This document shows, piece after piece, positions 20,069 to 29,510 of a stretch of DNA of 29,510 bases. Positions within the stretch are counted from its first letter, which is position 1. The number at the start of each line of letters is the position of its first letter. Both the position numbers and the translations under genes were made by a program. Source of the stretch: Fonticula alba ATCC 38817. Its lineage: Eukaryota > Protista > Nucleariida. The notes below the pieces were generated by a model. The model made no database searches and was not told where the DNA came from. It saw only the letters and a list, made by a program, of their open reading frames with translations. The DNA lies in assembly GCA_000388065.2 (NCBI GenBank), contig KB932207.1. The stretch is one strand, 5' to 3'.

Positions 20069-20637
20069 TCAGTCCTTGTGATCCAGGCGCTCGCTCAGGT
20101 CACGCAGCTTTTCCTCGGCCTGTTTGCGCTCGGCCTCGGCCGCGGCGATGGCGGCCTCCACCCGGACAAGGCGCGTGGCCCGGGCAGCGCGTTCGCACTC
20201 CTGTTCCTTGGTCAGGGTCACCCGATCGGTGATGGGGTCATAGGCCTGAACCGCGTCCTGCGGGAACATCCCGCCCAGGAGGTGAACGATATCCTGGTTG
20301 GAGAGGCTGTCCCGCTCAGGGGGGAAAGGCTGAAGGAGGAGGGCACGCTCCGCGTGCAGCTCCGCCAACTGGCGATCCGCCTCGCTCAGTGCATCCCCAG
20401 CCTCCAGGGCGCCGCGCTCATCTCCCGTCAAGGACGACATGTCCTGGTCACGGAGGGCTTTCAGTTTCTGGAGAAGACGGCCCACCGTGGCCCGAGCGTC
20501 CGATGTCTTCATGACCGAGGCCAAACTTTCGGCCGGGTCGCGGCCCTGCACGCCGTCTGCATAGCCGGCGGAGAACTATGTCATCGTGGTCAGGAGGCGT
20601 CAGCGCGCCGGCAGTGATGAAGCGGGGAAAATAGATA

Positions 20638-20673
<36 letters not shown>

Positions 20674-21302
20674 CTACTTCGAGGTGACTCAGACGAGGCT
20701 CGGGCTCATGTCAGAAAGGGCCGAGGGGGACATACCTCGGTCAGAGTTTCGCGCAGAACCTGTGATAGGGGCTTCTTGTCGGGGGTCGGATCGTCGCGCA
20801 GGCTCTGGCGGAGGTCGTCCAGCTGCTGGGACAGCTTCACGCGCTCGGCTTCTCCAAGATGCTCGCCATCCTGGCGGAGCTTCTCCTCCAGCTGCGCGAC
20901 CTCGGCTTGGGCAAGTGCCTCGGTGACCGTCTTCGCGGGCTGCCGGACGATGGGCGTGATAGCTGATTGAATGGCGGGGGGGCCTAAGTGAGTGCGAGAG
21001 TACGGTCGCCAGGCAAAGGAGAGACAGAGAAGAAAGGGGGCAAAGAACGAGCGAGAGGGAGGATGTGCACAATCAGCGACAAAATAAACGCACAGATGAT
21101 TACCCGGCCAGATGGGTGCTCGAAGGAATGCCGCTTGAGGATCTCCTCCGCATTGAACGAATTTAAATAGGCCCTGAGCCCGAGGCGTATGCGGAACATG
21201 ATCCGACCCAACAGCTCGGGGTCCTGGGGATGAGGGGGGGGGGGGAGGTTGGCGCGTGGGCCAGGCGGGGTGCGATGTTAGCTCAACGAGACCAGCAGGC
21301 AA

Positions 21303-21344
<42 letters not shown>

Positions 21345-21512
21345 ACACGCGCGCGCGCGCGCAGGAGAAGGAGGAGAAGTTCAACGAACCCGTAGATCGG
21401 CCAGAGGGACAGTAGTGAGCGCATCCCAATCCTTCTTGGCCTCATACTTGACTTCGCGCGCGATTTTCCCCAAGTGTCGACTCGCCAGTCGCACGAGGCC
21501 CTTGAGCGACAT
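20069..21512 (-). CDS. Uncharacterised helical/coiled-coil protein, probably mitochondrial; EMB2735-like by recalled motifs
   Basis: Four exons join in phase: MSLKGLVRLASRHLGKIAREVKYEAKKDW...LADLR / DPELLGRIMFRIRLGLRAYLNSF...GRVII / ...LSQVLRETLTE / FSAGYADGVQ...LDHKD*. Amphipathic basic N-terminus; predicted coiled coil at the C-terminus. Confidence 0.7.
21303..21362. repeat. Intronic (CA)n plus (CG)n microsatellite
   Basis: acacacac... followed by gcgcgcgc in intron 1 of the 20069-21512 gene. Confidence 0.9.
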
Positions 21513-22030
21513 GAGGGCTGGTGGAGGAAGAGAGAACAACTACAAACCGACGGCAGCCAGGACAGTGGATCAGGCAACAGGCAGGGAGTGAGGGGATGCG
21601 GACAAGGAACGAGGGAAGCCATGGAAATGTGCGCCAGCTCGGGCGCCTGTTGAGCGCGACGGCACATCTTGAGCGTCTGGTACCCCTCCGCACGTTCGGC
21701 GTACATGTGTGTGGGCACATGCGTCCCTGCCCTCGGGGCGTGCCCACACACGCACGCCAGCCGGCCGGGCGAGCGGGGGGGGGGGGGGGGTCTTTCCACC
21801 GACGCCCGCCCGGCCTCCGATCAAACTTCCACCAAAAAAAAAAAAAAAGCCCGGGACACGCCCTGATGCCAAAATGCAGCATGGTCTATTCTAGTGTGAA
21901 AAAAGGCAGGGAGTTCAAAAAGATCATCTCGGAGCATGTGCGTTCGTTGGGAGTTGCCGGGCGGGCACGGCTGGCCGCAGCACCCGCATGCAGGTGCGAT
22001 CCCACCCGCACGTTCCCCCCCCTCCCCGCC

Positions 22031-23146
22031 CTACGAGGAGTGTGCGGCGACGGCGACGGGCGCCGCCGGGGGGATGGACGCCGCGGCGGATGTGGCGGCC
22101 GTGGCCGTGGCCACGGCCGTGGCCAGCGCGGCCGCCGCCGCCGCCGCCGCACTGGCATCCGCCGGACTGGTGCCTTCGGCGTTGCGCGCCATCCGCACGC
22201 TGCTGAGCGAGTCGCGGAACTGATCGACCGACTTGATGCGTGCCTTGCCTTCCAGGCCGGGCGGAGCGAAGACCTTGGTGCGGCGGTCCGGGCGCCGGGA
22301 CCCCTGCCACCGGGCACCGTTGCCCTTCAGGAAGTTCTTGTTACGATGGACGAAGGAAGACCCCGGGGCGTTTGGATCGTTCGAAATGCAGGCCACAGGG
22401 ATGTCCGAGTTCCAAATGTCATCGGGGATTTGCTGAGCCTCCAACGACCGGAAGAAGAGACCTGCATCCCTTGACATGGAGACATTCTTGACAAAGGCAT
22501 GGAAGTGACTCCGCAGGGCATCGGCCGGCGTGCGCTCGTGGATCTTTGGGGGGGGGGGCAATCGAGAGTCAGCCGGAAGAAAAAAGCGAGCGAGAGGGAG
22601 AGAGGGGGAGAGAGGGAGAGAGAGAGAGAGAGACGGGGGCATGGGGGAAGGACGGGGAAGAGGGTGTGGGAGAATGGACACACCCCGAAGAAGAGATCCC
22701 ACTGGCCGGTGAACGGCTGCGTAGATGTGGAAGGAGGGATGTTGGCACCGATGCTGGCGCCATCTAGGAAGGATTCCATCTGCACGGAGTACAACTTGAA
22801 TTGCAGGTTTGAATGGTCCTGCGCAACGAACTTGGCGGCCACCGGCTCCACCGGGCGCGAGCACCAGGACACCGATGCACTCGGCTTGCTGGAGGCGGCC
22901 ACCGCCTCTTGTAGGGCTGCCTGTCGCTCCGGCGACAGGGTTGGAGCACAATGGTGCAGCAACTTCTCCACCATCCGATGGGAGAGGCCATCCCCGGAGA
23001 ACTCGTCCGAGCGCTCGTCAGCCCCACCTCCAGCGGCAAGGATTTCCAGGTGCCCGGGGCGGATCTGAGAGTTGATCATCAGGGCCACAGACTACGCACA
23101 CCACCGAACCGGGAGGGAGGGGGGGCAGGGAGGAAAAGAAGAAAAA

Positions 23147-23212
<66 letters not shown>

Positions 23213-26200
23213 GCATTGTCAGGTCCCAGCGTGCGAAGCATGATCTGAGCAAACGCGCGACGGCCCCGAAAAGAGGACACGAAAGAACGACAAGACACAA
23301 AGACGCGGAAAAAAAAAACAAAGCCGAGAAGGCAACAAACGCACCTGCCCAGGGAAGTCGGCCGAAATGCGCTCCAACAACTGCTCGAAGATGGCCAGTC
23401 CACGGCGGAAAACCAAATCACCGAGGTCCGCATTCCCATAGAGCGCCTGCTCCATGTCCCGTAGGGGGATGAACTGGAAGCCGAAGGCCTCATCGGTGTT
23501 GTGGTATGCCACCATGACGCCCTCCATGCCACCGATGCGCACCTGCAGCGAGTACTTCATGAAGGCCGACCGGATCATGTCGTAATACTCCCGCTCGAAG
23601 GAGGACAATTGCCCGGACATCCGATGGAGCCGGTACTTGACATTGTTTTCGTAGTCCTTGACAAAGTTCCGAATGGCCAAAGTCGCTCGGGTCTTCAAGT
23701 CGAAGATGCGCTCCGGGTTCTCCGGGTCATGGCAATCTAACTGGGACCGGAGCAGCAGCGACCCGGCTCCGAAGTAATTATATGCCGAATGCACGTCGCT
23801 CGGATGTGGCGGCGCCAGATCCACAGGCGTGGTCCGGTCCTCCCGGGAGTCCAGGTCGACCGCGCTGTCGTGGGTCAGGTGCCAGTCGAGGAAATCCTCG
23901 AATTCCGGCGTCGTAGACGTGAGGAACTTCTCGAACACATGGCCCTGGTGAAAAAGCGATGTCAGAAGACGCCCATGGGCGGAGGAGAGAGAGAGAGAGG
24001 GCGGGAGGGCAGCATGAAGGGAGGAGGAGGCCGAGCGGAACAACGGCAAGGCCAACCGCTGGTTGGGCACATCTCAAAAATACACGCCAGCGCACCATGC
24101 GTGAGAGAATGCTTTCCGTAGACAGGATGGCCGACGAGTCGACCGCATAGACACCGGTCTCCTTGCGGACCAGGTTCACGAGCACCGGCTGCCGGGTGGC
24201 TCGGGTGAAGCGACGAGTCTGACAGCCAGCACATGCGCGTGTGGGGGGGGGGGGGGGGGGGGAGTACAATTCCATGAACAGCAGCCACCAAGCGGCAAAC
24301 GGGCAGGAGAGCATACACACAGGATGCATGTGAGAAAGGCACATTACGGGCGGTTGGGGGGGGGGGGAGGGCACCAAAAAGATGAATCAGCCTTTGCGCA
24401 CCTCCTGGCTGATGGACTTCGAGATGAGCGGCGGCGGGGTGATGAACCGGTTGCTGCTCATGGTGAAGTAGATGTGGCTGAGAGAGGCACTGACCGAGGA
24501 GGTGGACCCAATGAACCGGACACCCTGCTCCACGGCAAAGCGCTCCAGGGTCTTATCCTTGGAAGAGGGAGTAAAGGACAGCCCGGTCTTGAAGCCCTTC
24601 ATTTCAATCAGCTGGTTGAGCTTCATACGCCGCAGGGTTTCGGCCTTGACTTTCTCCAGGCTCCGAACCTCCGGTGGCAGGTGCATCGTCTTCGACTGGA
24701 AGTCTCGCACTACATGAACCCCTGGCTCATGGATGACATGGCTCAGTGCCGGGTTCAAGACTGGGATGTCGCCGCCCTTCGGCAGGTCCAGGTCTGGCAA
24801 TCCGAGGATCAGATGAGGGGAAGGAGGGATCAGTTGCCCTGGTGGACATGCGTCGGAGGTGGAGAGAGGAGGTGGGAGGAGAGGCGCCGAGAGACGCCGA
24901 GAAAGAGAGTGGGGAGAGAGAGAGAGGGCAGAGAGAGCGAGAGCGAGAGCGAAAGGAAAAAGGCACGAAAGATGCCGACGTACGGCCCATTTGGAACTTA
25001 TCGGCAGCCAGATACTGAAGACCATTCGAGGCAGCAAACATCTCTGCCACCCGGGCAACACGCGCACGGCCCGCATCATCGGCCAGGAGTTCGCGGACAT
25101 GCTCCTCGCCATCGAAGTATTTCACCACCTCGGGGGGGAGGTTATCCAGGCTGATGCTCTCGATGAAGGCCACAGAAGCGTCAATGAGGGCCGGGTCATT
25201 TTCCACCGTGGGAATGGCCTCCGAGGCAGTCAGAAGCTCGATGGCGCTACCCTCCGGCAGGAACCACGGCCCGGCAGAGGCCAATTCGCCGAGGGACTTC
25301 TTTTTCTTGTGTGGCCGGCCGGCATCCTCCTGGCGCGAAACCACAGCCGAGGACCATGCTGCCTGCGTGGTCCCCTGGTGGCCAAGCCCCATCCAGGGAG
25401 CCTGGGCTGGGACGCGCTTGAAGAGGACGCCCTCGCCTTCAATCGGAGCCGGAGCCGGAGCAGCAGCGCCCCCGGTCGAGACAGGAGCCGTGGCAGAGGA
25501 GGAGGATTTGGTCGAGGAGGAAGTATTAATGAAGGCATGTGTGCGGGGCGACTTCGGGGCCGATCCCGCACGCTGCGGCGCAGACTGGGCCCGGGCAGCG
25601 GACTCGTGCTTCTTGGGAGAGGGGGTTCCCGTGGAGGAGTTTGACTCCCTGGCGGCCGCGGAAACTGTGGCCTTGGTCACGGTGTCGGAACTGGTGCCCG
25701 ACTGGGGATTGGAAGGATTGCTGCGACTGCGGGACGCTTGGTGGGCCGGAGCCCCGGCCGGATGGTTATGCCGGGGACGACGCCGGAGAGTCGAATGGTG
25801 GGGATGCTTCGCACGGGAGGGATCCCGAGCCGGGGCATCCGGCTTGCCAGCGTTCGGGGCGTTGGAGTTAGCGACCGCCGAAACAGGCGACTTACCGACC
25901 GTCTGGGGCTCGGGCTTGCTCGCGGCTGAGTGGCTGCTCGAAACAGCGCCGGCAGTGTTTTTGTTGTTGCTGTTGCCGCTGCTGCTGCTGCTGGTGCTGC
26001 TGCTGGTGCTGCTGGTGCTGCTGCTGCTGGTGCTGCTGCTGCTGGTGCTGCTGTTGTTGTTGCTGCTGCTGGCACTGCTGCTGTTGTTGGTGCTGTCCTT
26101 CGCCTGGTTGCTCTTCGCCTGGTTGGTTTTGGCGTGGTTAGGGTGATGGGAGGGGGCTCCGGTCGAGGACCTGGCATGCTGACCATCGGAGCGACGTGGA

Positions 26201-26772
26201 TGCTGAGACTGCCGGGCAGGAGTGGAGCCCGAGGTATGGCGGGAGCGGTTCCCATGGGCATTGGTGCCGCTCGGTGCATTGCCAGCACCGGGATTTGATC
26301 CGGCAACGACACCGGATCCGGGCTCCGCACTGGAGCCAGCAGCGGCGGAAGTGCCACCAGCTGGCGAGGGATGCCGCTGCTTGTTGTGCCGCGTGTGATT
26401 TGGGCGATGCCTTGGCCTGCCAGTGTCCGGGCTACCGCCAGAGTCCGATCGTCCGGCGGGGCGATTGACCGGCTGGGATCGACGATCGTGGTGATGCTGC
26501 TGTGAGCCCTGGTGCGGCGTGCGGCGAGTGGCGCCGGCGGCCTGTGGCTCGACCTTGGCACTTTGCGGAAGCGAGCTGTAGAGCGCTCGGCCAGGACCGA
26601 ATCGGGTCAGCAGCGATTGATCTCCCATGGAGGCCCCAATCCGCGCCAGCACCGGCTGCACCAACCCGACTGGGGCTCCTGCCGGGGTGGACAGGCCTCC
26701 AGACAAGCCAAGATGGACATGCTGCAGCTGTGCCACTCGTGGCCGGGAGTATTGGAGGAAGGCGCGAAACAT
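22031..26772 (-). CDS. PET127: Pet127 mitochondrial 5'-3' exoribonuclease (PD-(D/E)xK fold) with long low-complexity N-terminal extension
   Basis: Family motifs FIGSTSS, GHVFEKFLT, LLRSQLDCHD, IFDLKTRA and SFEREYYDMIRSAFMKYSLQVRIGGMEGVMVAYHN. Presequence-like start MFRAFLQYSRPRV at 26772. Six exons checked in phase; TAG at 22033-22031. Confidence 0.92.
23147..23212. repeat. Intronic (GAT)n microsatellite, about 22 units
   Basis: Uninterrupted gatgatgat run inside a Pet127 intron. Confidence 0.95.
25935..26105 (-). repeat. Coding AGC/AAC repeat encoding a Ser/Asn/Thr tract in Pet127
   Basis: (gct)n/(gtt)n on the + strand encodes STNNSSSASSSNNNSSTSSS on the - strand. Confidence 0.85.
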
Positions 26773-27197
26773 TGCTACGCCCAGGGGGAGACCGAGAGAG
26801 AGAGACAGGGGGCGAGAGGTGGGGGGGGGAGGGGCGAGGGGGAAAGACGGAGAGCTCGCCGGGCGTCGAGAGGCCAGAGGACGGAGCAGAAGTGCTCAAC
26901 CAAACACACACGTCTCCCACTAAACAACGCGCTGGTGGGTGGGCCCACGCACGGGGGAGTGGAAAGGGTGAGGGAGAGATCCGGCAGCGAGTGGAAAGAG
27001 GGAGAGAGTGGGCGCGGGTGTGGGTGTGTAGGTCCGGCTGGTTGGGCAAAGGGGGTGACAAAGGCGGAGGGAGACGGAGCGGGGGCGGGTAGCAGGCATC
27101 CCATGTGTCACACGCCTGACGGTGGTGGCTCTTCACTCGATTGCCCTCGTGCTGGGAAACACCAGAGTCAGGGCTCACTGAGAGAAGGAACGGCAGG

Positions 27198-27198
<1 letters not shown>

Positions 27199-27254
<56 letters not shown>
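27199..27254. repeat. 56-nt G homopolymer (poly-C on the Pet127 sense strand)
   Basis: Counted directly; lies about 430 nt upstream of the Pet127 ATG. Confidence 0.9.
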
Positions 27255-27255
<1 letters not shown>

Positions 27256-27613
27256 AGGGACGGAAGAGGCGGACGGCGGGGGGGGGGGGTGGTGGCGGTG
27301 ACGAACTAGGAAGAGGGGGGGAGAGGCAGGGGCGGAGAGGGGAGGGGGGAGGGAGGGGGGGCGGAGGACGTGGGGATGGGGGGGGGGGACGGAATCTCCA
27401 GCATGGCCCTGCACCCCCACCACGCCCCTGGCCATCTACACACCTGGGGCAGCCCAAAAAATCATCACACACGCGCCCATGCCCGCGCCCATGCTCCGAA
27501 GGCATGTGCTTTTGGCCAGTCCCCGCCCAAAATCGAGCGGCCTAAACCAGAATAGGCAGTGTCGCACAAGCTTGTGAAACAGGAGGGAGGGCCAGGCCCA
27601 GAGGAAAGACAGC

Positions 27614-27647
<34 letters not shown>

Positions 27648-28067
27648 TGCACGCACGCACGCATGCACACACTCGCCCCCGGATTAGACGGGCGAGGGAA
27701 CACGAGGGCCACCCAAGACAACCGAGCGAAAAACCAAAGAACAGCACGGCAGATGAGAGGGATGCACGGAAAGGAATCGGCCCCGCACAGGCAAGCCACG
27801 GCGAGACGCATGGCAGCGGGCCGCCGTGGATGTCGTCCAGGAGTGCCAATCTATTGGGATCGACACGTGATATATTAACTTGATGATGGGTTAACCCTTG
27901 ACTCGATCGTGCATTGCGGGCGAAGAAGTCCCTGTTCGGCGTGTGTGTGTGTGTGTGCTACTTGAAGCAGGGGACACACACACACACACACACACACGCG
28001 CATGCATGCATGCAGCGTGCAAGCCATGTCTGACAAGCACCCGGACACAGGGCACCCGGCGGCAGGG

Positions 28068-28440
28068 TCAGCAGGCGACATCGCCTGCTCCCGGAGATCT
28101 CCCCTCGGCCTCGGACGCGGAACTGGGCAGGAGGAAGCTCTGGCTCCAGTCAGTCAACTTGTGCCTCTCCGGGATGTTGACCAGGTCGGTGTCGAAGCGC
28201 TCGATGAAGTGCTCGTCCAACAGACGGGGCTTGCCGCCAGCGGCGAAAGATCGATACTGCCACCGGATGTCAGGAACCCGGCAGCGAAGAGGGCAGATAC
28301 GAATTTGAGAGGAGAAACATGCTCGAGCAAAGGTACCTCGAATAGCAATGAGCTAAAGCACCAGCCCTGGAGCTTGCGCAGACAGGCGGCAAAAACACTA
28401 CTCTGGTAAATGCCAGAGCTTGGGGCATCATCACCACCAC

Positions 28441-28472
<32 letters not shown>

Positions 28473-29014
28473 GGCAAAGGGGACATTCATCAAACACGTC
28501 AGTGCACTGTCGTTCGGCGACCGAGGGGAACGGGCGCGTCGGGCAGCAAACCGAGACCCACTGACACACCTGCAGGTGACCAGGAGCGGATGGTTGCTCG
28601 AGTCCAAGGCCAGCTCCAGGGCTTCCTTCATGAGGCGCGTGCTCAAGTAGGATCCGGGACTGGAGTACCCGAGCCCGGAGGAAGAGGTGTCGTCGGTTTG
28701 GGACGAATACGATCCGAGGCGAAGGCACCGGAGTCCGATGGAATGCTGGGGCAGAGGGCAAGCTTGTCAGGATGAACTTGCATCAGTTTCGCGGGTTGGG
28801 AGGAGCCACAGCACCTGGGACGCACTACTTCGACGCCGTTTTCCATGAAAAATTCCGACAATGCCCGGGGAAGGGTGTCTGGTGAGAGGACGACCACCGT
28901 CTTTAATGAGAGAGGCTGGATAAAGGCAAGTTGGCTGGCGCCAAGAGAGCTTAGCGCGCAGCGGAAGATCCCCGGCTCCACAAGGGCGAAGTGCTCCGGC
29001 GGCAGCAACGACAT
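28068..29014 (-). CDS. Siw14/OCA-family atypical dual-specificity phosphatase, probable pseudophosphatase; 3' end uncertain
   Basis: MSLLPPEHFALVEPGIFRC...LSLKTVVVLS, MKEALELALDSSNHPLLVTC-SSGIYQS...CLRKLQGWCFSSLLFE-YRSFA...DEHFIERFD match the Y_phosphatase2 (Siw14/Oca) pattern. Three introns in phase. Confidence 0.85.
28426..28472. repeat. Intronic (CAT)n/(CAC)n microsatellite
   Basis: catcatcaccaccac followed by (cat)n inside an intron of the OCA-family gene. Confidence 0.9.
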
Positions 29015-29510
29015 GACGAAGCGTATGCGCAAATGCGTGTGCGTGGCCGAAGGGGTGGCCGAGAAGAGAGACGGAGAGGGAGAGGGAGAGGGGGGGGGAG
29101 GGGCGAATCGAGGCAAGCGGGGAAATAGAATAAGGTGTCTAGCCCAAGTGGCAATCCGGGTGGCGGAGTTGCCCCTGAAGAGCCTTTCATCGATCACCGA
29201 GGCATGCTCATCGTCCTTCGCCGTTCGGGCCCGCCCCGGCGCCAGCCTCACCTCCCGGCGTTGAGCCGGCCGGGTCGACGAAAAACCGCGCCCCGATCGG
29301 CAGCCAGGCCCAGAGGGGGGATGGCACGAAATTACGCAAACGAAGTCACATGTGCCGGCGAAATTCCAAGACCCGACGCTGGGGCAAGTGCACTCCGCTG
29401 GCATCTGCCTCCGCACTTGGTCGGGAGTGTGAAACTGCCCCTCCTTCCCCCCTCCCCTCAAGACACGCCCCTTTACACGACATGCTGGCCATCACAGGAA
29501 AGCCCGACGA

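Noticed and set aside
22951-23532. ORFs with polyAsp, polySer or polyIle tracts
   Set aside because: Translations of the intronic (GAT)n microsatellite in different frames.
10120-27615. GAGGAAAG hits (near 10122, 18338, 27602) as a possible RNase P RNA partner for the RnpA-like gene
   Set aside because: None continues as GAGGAAAGTCC, no matching 3' P4 strand was seen, and two hits lie in coding exons.
27885-27900. Palindrome GGGTTAACCC in an AT-richer patch
   Set aside because: A single 10-bp palindrome is expected by chance in 29 kb and has no supporting context.
27436-28067. Possible extra 3' exon(s) of the OCA-family gene (acceptor-like CCGAACAG near 27925 and an open frame beyond it)
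   Set aside because: No convincing in-phase donor before the TGA at 28070-28068. Left as 3' end uncertainty.
4030-28472. Tandem repeats as a CRISPR array or mobile element
   Set aside because: All are simple 1-10 nt microsatellites without unique spacers. No cas, transposase, RT, TIR or LTR signatures were seen.

Overview
Eukaryotic nuclear DNA: GC-rich, intron-dense, with two N gaps (1838-2073, 4697-5171). I found no prokaryotic operons, CRISPR array, transposase or credible RNA gene. Hand-splicing gives about 11 protein-coding genes: (1) a LAMTOR3/MP1-like roadblock protein behind a long polyQ region (+); (2) an LPLAT/AGPAT-type acyltransferase (-); (3) an atypical CDK (+); (4) a small single-TM ORF (+); (5) a divergent MGAT4/GT54-like type II membrane protein (-); (6) a probably mitochondrion-targeted protein ending in a bacterial-type RNase P protein (RnpA)-like domain (-); (7) DEAD-box helicase DDX47/Rrp3 (+); (8) Rab18-like GTPase (-); (9) an unknown helical protein resembling plant EMB2735 (-); (10) mitochondrial exonuclease Pet127 (-); (11) a Siw14/OCA-family probable pseudophosphatase (-). 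Pet127 plus OCA together with LAMTOR3, Rab18 and GT54 suggests a protist near the base of fungi, such as Fonticula; this is inference only. Most long ORFs in the supplied track are artefacts of high GC. The most notable items are the nuclear-encoded RnpA-like gene, the polyQ-LAMTOR3 fusion, and a CDK lacking the T14/Y15 and T160 phosphosites. All family assignments come from motif recall, not database searches.
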